DNA from: Acidobacteriota bacterium
GTDB lineage: Bacteria; Acidobacteriota; UBA890; WLXD01
Length of the DNA: 64,000 nucleotides
NCBI GenBank assembly: GCA_963666215.2
Contig: CAXWPL010000005.1
Span: forward strand, 416,001 to 480,000
Direction: 5' to 3'
The notes under the pieces are model-generated. The model ran no database searches and had not been told where the DNA came from. It saw nothing but the letters and a program-made list of their open reading frames with translations. The translations under genes and the position numbers were made by a program. The first letter of the stretch is position 1. Every line of letters begins with the position of its first letter. Positions 48,679 through 59,039 of this stretch are shown piece after piece.

Positions 48679-51600
48679 CTAGTAACCGAAGCCGAACACC
48701 ACGTAGACGTGGAAGCCGTCGTCGCTGTTGGCGGCGTGGACGCGGACGGCCGTGCTGTAGTCCCAGGGAGTCCACCAAACGCCGCCACCGTAGCCGTAGT
48801 TCCAGGTGTCGGACTGCTCGCCGTCGGCCCACACGCGCCCGGTGTCACCGCCGGCGAACAGGCCCCAGTGCCCGGGAACCACGAGGTTGAGCCGCCCCAC
48901 AGGAATCGCGAATCGCGCATTGACGAACAACGAGGAGTCGCCGGCAAAGCGTCCTCTCGCGAGGCCGCGCACCTGCTGGGCGCCAAGATAGGCGAGGTCG
49001 TAGTACGGAACGTCGCCTTCGGTCACCTGCCCACCCACTCCGACACCAAAGCCGGGCCCCGAACCGCCGGCCCAGTGAGAGCTACTCACCTCGCCGCGAA
49101 CAACGGCGTAGTCACCCTCGAGGTCCCAGACGTCCGGGTAGTACCGGGCGTCGATATCGGCTGTCTGGCCGCGGCCCACCAACGCCTCGCGCACACGCAT
49201 GATGTCGTCGGAATCCTTGGGCTCGAACAGCGAGGCTGGGCGACGGTTGTTGAAATGCAGTCCGACCCCCCACCCCACCTGGCCCATGTCGTCGACCCCG
49301 TAGGGCCGCAGCAAGTTGATCAGGCGCGGATCGTCGTCGGCGTCTTCGGTACTGGAGTAGCGCACCACCGGACCGGTGTAGACCACGGCGTTGCTGCCGA
49401 TCGACCACACCGAGCGCACCTCGACCTCTGCGGCAACACGCTTGGAGCGACGGAAAGTCTCGTTGGACTGGCTGGGCGTTTCATTGCCAACACCGAAGAA
49501 GTTGAGGGTCTCGATGCCCGAAGCGAGCGCGTGCACCTCGATGTGCGACTCGCGGTTCTCGCGCCGGAAGATGCCGCTGTAATCGAAGCGCGGGCGCAGG
49601 GCTCCGGTGGCGAAGCCGGCACGAACGCGCTGCTGCTTCCCGTAGGGTCGCTTGCGGAAGTCGAAGGTCTCCCAGGTGAGCCCGAAGCCGCCGAACAACC
49701 CGATGCCGGGACCAACCGCGAACCACGGCTGGCCGTACCGCGTTGAGCCCCAGTCGCGACGCGACTTCAACGGCAGTCCCTGCGAGCGGAACGGCGTGCC
49801 GATTTCTTCGATGGGCTCGCCGGGCGACAACCAGATGCGATCTGCGACCTCTCTGCCGGGGCCACTGCTGCCAACAGGAGCGAGGCCACAGCGCAACGTG
49901 CTGGCACCTGCGTTCAGCTCAACGATGTTCTCGCCGGCACCGCAGACCAAGCGCACGGCAATCGACGTGCCTCCCGCGGTGTCCACGGTCACACGATCGT
50001 CTCCGGCGCCTGTGTAAATGCGTACTTCCTCGGTATCGTCCGGGTGGTACACGCGTTCGAAGTACGCCGGGCCGGCCGACGGGTCGGACGCGCGGAGGAA
50101 CACGGCGAGAGTGTCGTCGGCTCGACGGTCGATGTGGACCCAATCGGCGGCGTTCGTGGCGCGCACATCCGCCTCTTCCCCGAGGTATCGGTAGAAGCGC
50201 CGCGCCTGGCCGACGAGGCCGTCGCGACGACCCCGCAGTCCGGCACGCAGCTGAGCGCCGCGCAGCCGCTGAAACTCGTCCGGCAGCCGAGCCAGCGCGT
50301 CGTCGAAGATCGAATCGGTCAGAACCGATTGCAGCTCGCGAGCAACCTCGACCCACGCCTCCTCGTCGAGCCCCGCCAGCAGCCGGCGATCGACGGTGCG
50401 GCCGTTCCAGGTGAGCCCCTCGAGCGGCGGGTAGCTTGGCCCGAAGCGGTCGAACTTCGGGTCCTTGTCCTTCTGCATGGTCACCGCCAGACCGTCGTAG
50501 CGCGAGAAAGCCTGGTCGCGGTCCTCGACGATCGGCTGCCATAGCGGGTTCCCCGGGATTCGAGCCCAGCGCCACTGCTCGATGTGACGATCCCAGTCAC
50601 CCAACAGCTGATCGACGAGCCGGGCGAGCGCGAATGCTCGGGCGTCGATGCGATCGGCGGGACTCGCGGTGATGCGCTCGATCATCTCGGGGCCGCCGAT
50701 GATCTCTTCCGAGCCGAACGCGCCCCCCTCCACGGTCGGGAACTCCGACAGCGTCCCCACCAGCCCGCCGAAAGTCTCCCGAAAAGCGCCGAGCTCGGGC
50801 ACGTCGGGCATGACCACGATACGGGTCTGCACCACATTGAGAGGTGATGTCTCGCTTTCCGTTGAAAAAGGTGACGGTGATCCGACCTCGATAGTGTGTC
50901 GGGGTCAATCCACTAGGCATGGAGGATCACCGTCATGGGCAAGAGTCGCAGAACAGAGACGAGTAGGAAAGCGGAGCGCCGAGAGGGCAAGCTGCTGGAG
51001 GCCGTGGTAGCGGCGCGATCGGATCTACGAGCTCTGGTCATGGACGCCGGCTTCGGGGTGTTGGGGTCGCTGCTCGAGCAAGACAGAGCTGAGCTATGCG
51101 GAGAACGCCACGCACGGTCACAGCAGCGGCGGGCGTACCGACACGGCTACGACGAGGGCTCGCTGGTGATGGGCGGCCGGCGGGTCAAGGTACGCAAGCC
51201 GCGGGCTCGGAGCGTCGATGGCCAAGAGCTGCCGCTGCCGCACTGGGAGAGGTTCAAGGCCACCGACCCGCTCGAAGAGCGCGCCGTGGAGCAGATCCTG
51301 TGCGGCGTCACGACGCGCAAGTATGAGCGCTCGTTGGAGCAGCTGCCCGAAGGCCGAACTTCATCCGGGACGAGTCGCTCGAGTGTGTCGCGGCGGTTCG
51401 TAGCGCGTACCGCCCGGCAGGTGCAGCAGTATCTGGCCCAACCACTCAACGAGGTGGACTTGCCGGTGCTGGTGATCGACGGTACGCACATGGGCAAGCA
51501 CCTGTTGGTGATCGCCATGGGCATCGATACGGACGGCGTCAAGCATGTTCTGGGCGTCGTAGAAGGCACCACCGAGAGTTCACGTGTGTGCCGATCGCTG

Positions 51601-52767
51601 CTGCGGCAGTTGATTGAACGCGGCATGCCCGTCGAACGGGCGCGGTTGGTGGTAATCGATGGCTCCAAGGGCCTCCGTAAAGCAGTGCGCGACACGTTCG
51701 GCGAGTGGACCCTGATCCAGCGCTGCCGTGTCCACAAGATCAAGAACGTCTTGGAACATCTGCCAGGGCATATCCGGCCCTGGTTCGCGGCGAAGATCCG
51801 CAAGGCCTGGAAGGCGGAGACGGCAGCGGCAGCGACCAAGCAGCTCGACGCCGTGGCCAAAGAGCTGGAGACGGATCACCCGGGTGCCGCGGCCTCGCTC
51901 AGAGAAGGAATGCAAGAGACGCTCACCGTCACCCGGCTCGGAGTGCAGGGGCCGCTGCTTCGAACGTTGCGTTCAACGAACACGATCGAGAATCTCAACG
52001 GCACGATCAAACACGTCAGCCGCAACGTAAAGAGATGGCGCTCCGGGAGCATGATCGTTCGATGGGCGGTTACCGCGCTCATCGAGGCCGAGAGCCACTT
52101 CCGGAGGGTCCGTGGCTACCGCGACATCGCCAAGCTCGATGCCGCACTGAACGCCGCCGTCGACGCTCACCTTGAGCAGGAGCGCCGTACTGCGTAACAA
52201 TCCCAACCACTTCACCGTCGCCTTAGTTCAACGGACGGTGGGACATCCCCCATTGAGACCCGCCGCGCGGCCAATCGGTCCGGCAGCCACGTCGGCTGCC
52301 GGGAAGTTCGACGAGATCTGATCCTGCGCCAGGTCTGCGATGGGGGTTCCGAGCAGCTCGTCGGGCAGCACCGCTGTCGGATCCTTGTCGATGCCACGAA
52401 ACGTGTAGCTCTTTCCATCACCTCCGCTGAGAGCAAGACCAGCGGTTTGGTTGCGCCCCACCTGTCGCACCGGCGTCAACCCGCCGGCTTCGGTCTTCAG
52501 GTCGAGCACTTCAACCTCGATCGGTGTTGTCCACAGGTCGCGGTAGTCGGAGCCGAAAATCCGCCGCTTGAGACCGGAGGCCCGGTAGCGCGCACCAAGA
52601 ACAACAATTTGTCTGGCGCCCGCGGACGTCGTCGTCGACCGGACCTGCGGACGCGCTCCGGCGGGGCTCTGGGAAACAGCAAGAGCCTGCGCTGGTCGCA
52701 GCGGCTGAGCCGACGCCGCGAGACTCGCGAGCACGACAGCCGAAACCGGGAAGCGCCTTCTACGCAT
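48679..52767 (-). pseudogene. BamA/TamA-like outer-membrane protein split by IS256
   Basis: 5' part (signal peptide; FGSDYRDLWTTP; ...RAAGLN) at 52251-52767 rejoins VVQTRIVV at 50835; DWDRHIEQWRW; VRGLARGRFAG; C-terminal GFGY barrel signal. Confidence 0.85.
50843..52250 (+). mobile_element. IS256-family element, copy 2 (transposase 50935-52197)
   Basis: Perfect 8-bp duplication CATTGAGA at 50835-50842 and 52251-52258; TIRs as in copy 1; close but non-identical paralog of copy 1. Confidence 0.95.
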
Positions 52768-52912
52768 GGTCACAGTGTAACGACAGAGCTGCGCCGATGG
52801 GGACGGCTGTCCCATCAGCCAAGTTGACGAGTCACCTGGGCCTTACGCCGTCGCACGGCTCTGCAGGGTGTCGCCTTGCTGAGCACAGGTATCGCGGCGA
52901 GCGGCCGGAAAT

Positions 52913-54682
52913 TTACCTGCGCCGACCTCGGTTCCGGTTGCGTGGTCGCTTGGGCCGCACGGGAAGGTCGTCGGCTCCCGGGTCGTGTTCAACCGGAGCC
53001 CGGCCTCGAGGTGCGGTCAAGCTCTCCTGGTAGGCGTCTTCGAGCAGCATGGCCATCACGGCCACCTCGTCGTCGTTGTCGCCCAAGCTTCGCGCCAACG
53101 GCACGAAGCGCTGCATGCGCTCGGTTTGCAGGCTGCCACGATCGCGTAGACGGGCCTCGAGCAACGACGTCAAGCGTCGCGCAACAGCCTCGTCCGCTTC
53201 TTCCGGCTCTTCCTTGCCGGGTGCCGGCTGCTGGGAGCGCGCTGCGGAACCGGCTGGCCTTGGCCGCGTGTGCAAGCTCTCCTGGTAGGTGTCGTCGAGC
53301 AGCATCGCCATGACGGCTACCTCGTCGTCGTCCTCGGCCAGGCTGCGCGCCAGCGGCACGAAGCGCTGCATGCGCTCGACTTGTGCGGCGCTGCGGTCGC
53401 GCAGGCACGCTTCGAGCAGCGTTGTGGCGCGCTGAGCGACGATGGCCTCTACGTCTTCCTCGGTGGGCGCCGGTCGCTCCTGAAGATCAATCCCGAACGT
53501 CCTGGCGATGCTCTGCAGCTGGATCTTCTCGAGTCCGGAAACCAGCGTCAGAGCTTCGCCGATGGCGCCGGCGCGCGACGTCCGACCAACCCGGTGAATG
53601 TAGTCCTCGGAGTCCTTGGGTGGCTCGTACTGGATGACGTGCGACAGCTCCAGAATATCGATGCCTCGAGCCGCCACGTCGGTGGCCACGAGGAAGCGTA
53701 GTTTCCGGCTACGAACACGATCGAGAACCTTCTCGCGGGCGTTCTGATTGAGCGCCGAGCTCAGCTCGCCAGCGTCGTAGCCGAACCGCTTGAGCACAAC
53801 CGATACGTAGCGAACGTTCACTTTGGTGTTGCAGAAGATGATGGCCGACGACGGGTTTTCCATCTCGATGATGCGCATCAGGATGCGATCTTTTTCCATC
53901 GCCGGCACGTCGTAGAAGCCGTGCACGGTACCGGCAACGTGGACCCGGTCGCGACTGAGGCTCAAGAAGTCGGGCTGAGTGAGAAACTCCATCGCCAGGC
54001 TCTTGACCGTTGCCGGGAACGTCGCCGAGAACATATAGCCGCTCACGGCGCGCTTCGGCATGTACTCCTTGAGCCGCTGCATGTCCGGATAGAAACCCAT
54101 CGACAGCATGCGATCGGCCTCGTCGAGCACGAGAATGCGTAGCCCCTCGAGCGTCAGCGTGCGCTTGAGCAGGTGGTCGAGCACGCGGCCCGGCGTGCCC
54201 ACCACGAGCGGAGCCCCGCGCTCGAAGGCCTCGATCTGTGGGCCGTACGCCACGCCGCCATACACGGCCACCGGCCGCATGCCACCCGGTCCGGCCAGCC
54301 TCTCGGCCTCCTTGAGCACTTGCCGAGCAAGCTCGCGAGTGGGCACCAGGATCAGCGCCTGGCAAGCTTTGTGCTCGGGGTCGAAGCGATCGAGAATCGG
54401 TAGCAGGAACGCTCCGGTCTTGCCGCTGCCGGTGCGCGACTGAACCATCAGATCGCGCTTGGCCAGCATGTAGGGCAAGGCCCGCGACTGCACCGGCATC
54501 AAACTGCTCCAGCCGGCGCGACCGGCGGCTTGCTGCAGCGACTCCGGTAATTGTTCGAAGGAGATCTCTGGAAGAGAGTCTTCCGGCTCAACAACATCCG
54601 AGGCCGCGTCGGCGGCCTTGTCGCTGGTTGCCAGGCCCAAATCGCGGGCTTTCTCGGCTTCGCGTGCTGGCAACTTCGACAT
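52913..54682 (-). CDS. DEAD-box RNA helicase with duplicated C-terminal helical domain
   Basis: Q motif; SRTGSGKT, PTRELA, TPGR, DEAD, SAT, ARGID, HRVGRTSR. Confidence 0.93.
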   Translation of the reverse strand: MSKLPAREAEKARDLGLATSDKAADAASDVVEPEDSLPEISFEQLPESLQQAAGRAGWSSLMPVQSRALPYMLAKRDLMVQSRTGSGKTGAFLLPILDRFDPEHKACQALILVPTRELARQVLKEAERLAGPGGMRPVAVYGGVAYGPQIEAFERGAPLVVGTPGRVLDHLLKRTLTLEGLRILVLDEADRMLSMGFYPDMQRLKEYMPKRAVSGYMFSATFPATVKSLAMEFLTQPDFLSLSRDRVHVAGTVHGFYDVPAMEKDRILMRIIEMENPSSAIIFCNTKVNVRYVSVVLKRFGYDAGELSSALNQNAREKVLDRVRSRKLRFLVATDVAARGIDILELSHVIQYEPPKDSEDYIHRVGRTSRAGAIGEALTLVSGLEKIQLQSIARTFGIDLQERPAPTEEDVEAIVAQRATTLLEACLRDRSAAQVERMQRFVPLARSLAEDDDEVAVMAMLLDDTYQESLHTRPRPAGSAARSQQPAPGKEEPEEADEAVARRLTSLLEARLRDRGSLQTERMQRFVPLARSLGDNDDEVAVMAMLLEDAYQESLTAPRGRAPVEHDPGADDLPVRPKRPRNRNRGRRR

Positions 54683-54814
54683 CCACTTGCGGCTCGGGCG
54701 CCTTCGTCCTGCCAAGCTATGCTCCTATCGCTCTCGAAGATTGCAGCGCGCGCGTACGTGCTCTCTGGCCCGTGCGGCGCAGTCGAAGTTGCAAGTCGAT
54801 CGCGGCGTCTGGGC

Positions 54815-55852
54815 CTATGCCGCTCGCGTTCGCTTGTAGACGCTCAAGTAGCCGAACCCCACCATCTTGCGCCGCTCCTCGTCCCAAAGACGATAGCCCA
54901 GTGCGCGAAGGCTCCTGAACAGAGTGACGGGCGGGATCGCGGCGAGCGTTGGGTTCTCGTCGTGGCACTTTTGCAGATAGTAGTTTGGGATCCGCGGGTT
55001 CAGATGGTGGATGTGGTGGTAGCCAATGTTGCCGCTGAACCACTGCAACACGCGGGGCAATTTGTAGAAAGAGCTGCCGTACAGCGCCGCCGGATAGTAG
55101 TCCCAGTCCGGGTGGCGCTCCCAGTACGTGGTCTCGAACTGGTGCTGCACGTAGAACAACCACACCCCGAACATCCCCGCGAAGAAGGTGATGGACAGTT
55201 GAATCGCCAGATACTGGCGCCAGCCGATGATCAAGCTCAGGAGAACAATCGCCGCAGCCATCGCGATGTTCGTCCACAGCACGCTGGAGCGCGCAACACG
55301 CGGCTCTTTGCTCCAGCTGATGCGCTGCATCACGACGAACAGGTAGAACGGCCCAACAACGAACATCACGAACGGGTGGCGGTAGAAGCGATAGGCCAGC
55401 CGAGTGCGCAGCGGCGCAGCCAAGTACTCCTCGATCGTCAGAGTCCAGATCTCGCCACCGATATCGCGTCGATCGAGGTCTCCTGACGTGGCGTGGTGCA
55501 TGGCGTGATCGCGACGCCAGCGGTAGTAGGGCGTGAACGTGAGCACACCGGTAATCATCCCGACGATGTCGTTGGCTCGCTTCGACTTGAAGAAGGCACC
55601 GTGGCCACAGTCGTGGAAGATGATAAAGATGCGCGTCAGAAAGCCGGCCGCCAACGGGGCCAGCGCCAGGGTGAGCCAGTACGAGACCTCGAGGCTGCGG
55701 AACATCGCGTACCACAGGGCAACGAACGGCACCACCGAGTTCAGTAGCTGCCACGAGCTGCGCAGCGTGTGCGGGTGCCGATAAGGAGCGGTGAGCTCCT
55801 GCCACTGGGGTTCCGATTGAGATTCGGTTTTCGATTCAGTAGACGAAGCCAA
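54815..55852 (-). CDS. Membrane fatty acid desaturase (Des/DesA-like)
   Basis: His boxes HDCGH, HAMHH, QHQF, HHIHH. Confidence 0.92.
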   Translation of the reverse strand: MASSTESKTESQSEPQWQELTAPYRHPHTLRSSWQLLNSVVPFVALWYAMFRSLEVSYWLTLALAPLAAGFLTRIFIIFHDCGHGAFFKSKRANDIVGMITGVLTFTPYYRWRRDHAMHHATSGDLDRRDIGGEIWTLTIEEYLAAPLRTRLAYRFYRHPFVMFVVGPFYLFVVMQRISWSKEPRVARSSVLWTNIAMAAAIVLLSLIIGWRQYLAIQLSITFFAGMFGVWLFYVQHQFETTYWERHPDWDYYPAALYGSSFYKLPRVLQWFSGNIGYHHIHHLNPRIPNYYLQKCHDENPTLAAIPPVTLFRSLRALGYRLWDEERRKMVGFGYLSVYKRTRAA

Positions 55853-55974
55853 ACGATTCTCCTACGATCCCGCTGTTAACCGTGCGCCCTCGACGAAGAA
55901 GCACGCTCCCACCCATGTCGGTGTTGTAGCACCACCATCGAACCGGCGTGAGCCTGTCGCGCAAGTTTACGCCC

Positions 55975-58458
55975 TCACGAGTCTGCGAGCACGAAGGCGC
56001 CGCGTCCGTGGGTATAGGCCACCACACCATTATCGCTCGCCTGCAGATCGAACACGGCCACGTTGGGCAGCCCTTCGGGCGGTCCGTGGTGCGCCCAACG
56101 ACTGCTGCCGACGGCGCCCAGCTGTTCCCATACGCCGATATCCGAGCCGACCCAAAGCCGGCCGGTTCCCGGGTGCACGACGAGCGAGTTGAAGGGCAGA
56201 TTCGCGCGCGGACCGATGTCGGTCCATATCGCCCCGGGCCGCGCCCCGTCCGTTGTCATGAAGACATGTCCCGGCTGCCCAGGCGTGCCGCGATTGAAAC
56301 CTGAAAGCGACACGTACAGTCGGCTTTTGTCGGACGGATCGAAAGCCACGTCCGTGACGGTACGACCCGGCACGGTGTTGACACGATCGGCGTCGCGGAA
56401 GCGGCGGCCGCCGTTCGTCGTGATCAGGATGCGGCCTCGTTGCGTACCGTAGGCGTAAGTGCTGCAGTCCGATCCCGACGTAGAAAACGCCACCGCGGTA
56501 ACCGTATCGCCGCTCGCAAGGAGCGGCCCTTGGGGTCGCCACAGCGGACTACGGCCACGGAAGAACGTGTTGGTGCGGTAGAGCTGCCCGGTGCCGGTGA
56601 TGAAAACATCTTCGTCTTGAGGACACTTGGCGAAAACGCCGATGAACGGCGCCGTCGACCGATCGATCCCCCGGGTGGCAAGGATGAAGCTCGAGCCACC
56701 GTTGAGCGTGCGCACAATGCCAAGCCGCTGGAAAGACAGCGCCCAGGCGGTTTCCGGGCTATCGGACGAAAACTCCATGTCGGCTCCGTCGCCACCGAAG
56801 ACCTCCGTCCACTTGTCGTTGCGATTGACGATCGCGTCGCCCTTGCCGTCTCGCAGTTGAGTGCCGTTGTCCTGGCTGCCGGCGAGCATCGTGCTGAGCC
56901 GTTTCGGGTGCATGGCGCCGTGATAGAACTGCGTCAGCACCAGGTTGCGGTTGTGGTTGGTCCAATGCTCGCCGCGGCTGAGGGTGCTGAATACGCCGCC
57001 GTCGTTGCCGACGATGAGCCGGCCGTCGGCCCACGCCATCGAATGCTGGTCGACGTGATCGGGCGTCACCGACGCCCAGCCTGACGGGCCCATTCGCCAC
57101 AGGCTCAGGCCGCCAGCGAACAGCCGGTCAGAGCTCGCCGGGTCGACGATGATCTCGTGGTCATACCAGCATTGCGGCGAGCAATAAGAACCGCGTCCGA
57201 ACACAGAGGGAACACGAATTGTCTCCCACGTCGGGCTCGTCGCGAAGGCGTCGCGTGTTTTCCAGAGGCCAAGCAGCTCACTGTCGCTCGAATCCTCCAC
57301 GCTCACGTAGAGCACTTCCGAATCCGAGGGCGCCAACGCCAGCTCGACGCGACCGATGTTGCCCCCATCCCAGGGGCCCGCGACCCGCGTCCAGCTCACG
57401 CCGGCGTCGACCGAGCGATACAGCCCGTTGGCCTCGTCACCGAAGATCTCGCCGATTCCGGCGACCTGGCGATTGAAGTCGGACGGGTCGACCTCGAGAT
57501 CGGTCGCCTGGCCCGCCAGCATGCGCGTCCAACGGGCGCCGCCGTCGGTGCTGCGATAGATGCCCGTCGGCTTCTGGTAGGAGTTCAGCACGTGGGTGCC
57601 GCGCGCCGTCGCACCGACGATGGTCAAGCTCGTCGCGGGATCCACGGCGAGGTCACTGAAGGCAAAGCCGTCGAGGTCTCGATCGCCGACCAGTTCCCAG
57701 GTTGCCCCGCCGTCGGTCGACTTGAGCACACCGGCGCCACCGTAGGAGACGCCCGAGAAGGTCGCCTCGCCGGTACCCGCGTAGATCGTTGTCGGCTCGG
57801 AGGGCGAAAAAGCGATCGCGCCCATCGACATCGAAGCCTGATCGTCAGTCAACGGCTTCCACGTGCTTCCGTCGTCGAGGGTCTCCCAAATTCCTCCCTG
57901 TGCGGCGCCGATGAGCCAGCGCCGTGAATTCGTGGGGTCGACCGCGATGTCAGCCACGCGTCCGCTGAAGCGCGTGCCAGACGACACGATCGGCGCCGGC
58001 CCGAGGTTGCGCCACTTGGCCAACGCAGAGTTGCCGCGGCCCGCGGCAGTCGCCGCCTCCACCGACGTCGTGTTCGACGCTCCGGGCCGGCCGAGCAAGC
58101 GCGACTCGGCAATCTCTCTGAGCGCCGCCGCTCGAGCTCCTTGGGGGATGTAGCCGAGCGGAAAGGCGCGCTGTGTGTAGCCCCATTCGGCGCGCTGCCA
58201 AGCGTTGCTCGCCGTCACCGCGACCGACGGCGAACGCTGGCCCGGGCCTTGGGTGGCGGCAGCTGTGGACGTCGAGGCGTGTGCGCTGGCGCTGGTGATC
58301 AGACTCGAGATCGCGACGACAACACAACCGGCAACAACGACAAGTGCCGGCGGCGTTGAGTCCACCCGTCTGTCGTGAGCTCGCTCAGAGGACGCGCCGT
58401 GGGCGGGGCCTTCGATCGCCTTCTCGGCCGTCCGGCAGCGGTTCTCCGAAGCTTCCAA
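55975..58458 (-). CDS. Secreted BNR/Asp-box beta-propeller protein (start uncertain)
   Basis: WRNLGPAP..SGRV; STDGG.TW repeats; HVDQH; GSQDNG; THGRGAF. Confidence 0.8.
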   Translation of the reverse strand: MEASENRCRTAEKAIEGPAHGASSERAHDRRVDSTPPALVVVAGCVVVAISSLITSASAHASTSTAAATQGPGQRSPSVAVTASNAWQRAEWGYTQRAFPLGYIPQGARAAALREIAESRLLGRPGASNTTSVEAATAAGRGNSALAKWRNLGPAPIVSSGTRFSGRVADIAVDPTNSRRWLIGAAQGGIWETLDDGSTWKPLTDDQASMSMGAIAFSPSEPTTIYAGTGEATFSGVSYGGAGVLKSTDGGATWELVGDRDLDGFAFSDLAVDPATSLTIVGATARGTHVLNSYQKPTGIYRSTDGGARWTRMLAGQATDLEVDPSDFNRQVAGIGEIFGDEANGLYRSVDAGVSWTRVAGPWDGGNIGRVELALAPSDSEVLYVSVEDSSDSELLGLWKTRDAFATSPTWETIRVPSVFGRGSYCSPQCWYDHEIIVDPASSDRLFAGGLSLWRMGPSGWASVTPDHVDQHSMAWADGRLIVGNDGGVFSTLSRGEHWTNHNRNLVLTQFYHGAMHPKRLSTMLAGSQDNGTQLRDGKGDAIVNRNDKWTEVFGGDGADMEFSSDSPETAWALSFQRLGIVRTLNGGSSFILATRGIDRSTAPFIGVFAKCPQDEDVFITGTGQLYRTNTFFRGRSPLWRPQGPLLASGDTVTAVAFSTSGSDCSTYAYGTQRGRILITTNGGRRFRDADRVNTVPGRTVTDVAFDPSDKSRLYVSLSGFNRGTPGQPGHVFMTTDGARPGAIWTDIGPRANLPFNSLVVHPGTGRLWVGSDIGVWEQLGAVGSSRWAHHGPPEGLPNVAVFDLQASDNGVVAYTHGRGAFVLADS

Positions 58459-58667
58459 TCGCCCTCCCCGTGACGTCTCGACGCGGGCTCAACGCACGCT
58501 GACGGTCGATGCGTACTTTAGGGGGCGACCGTTGGCGTTGGCAACCGAATGGCTGGCCTCCATGCGCATGCTGGTGTGGACTCGGCACGGACTCGCGGCG
58601 GACGCAGCTCGTCTATGTTACGTTTTAGAATAGTCAGTCACGGCAGTTCACAACCTCCGAGAGCAGA

Positions 58668-59036
58668 ATGCCTCATCGAGCTCCACGCTCTGGTCACCCG
58701 CCGCTCGCACCGCACGTTTTCGAAATCCTGCTGTCGCTGATCAACGGGCCGCGGCACGGCTACGGCATCATCTCCGACGTGCGCGATCGCACCGAGGGCG
58801 ATGTGTTGATCGGCACCTCCAGCCTCTACGCCGCAATCCGCCGACTCCTGCAGCAGAAGATGGTCGAGGATGTTTGCGAGGAGCCGGCGAACGCTTCGAG
58901 CGGGCCTCCGCGCCGTTACTACCAGATTACCGAGAGGGGATCTGAAGCTGTCCGCGCCGAGGCCGACCGCGTGCGACGTGCCGCCACGGCCGCCGAACGC
59001 ATGCTTGCCAACGCCGCCACGCACGGCCGCAAGTAG
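58668..59036 (+). CDS. PadR family transcriptional regulator
   Basis: ILLSL..GPRHGYGII, SLYAAIRRL, RRYYQITERG. Confidence 0.92.
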   Translation: MPHRAPRSGHPPLAPHVFEILLSLINGPRHGYGIISDVRDRTEGDVLIGTSSLYAAIRRLLQQKMVEDVCEEPANASSGPPRRYYQITERGSEAVRAEADRVRRAATAAERMLANAATHGRK

Positions 59037-59039
59037 TCG

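Noticed and set aside
20344-52250. Composite transposon formed by the two IS256 copies
   Set aside because: The copies are diverged and copy 2 has its own perfect target duplication inside a split gene
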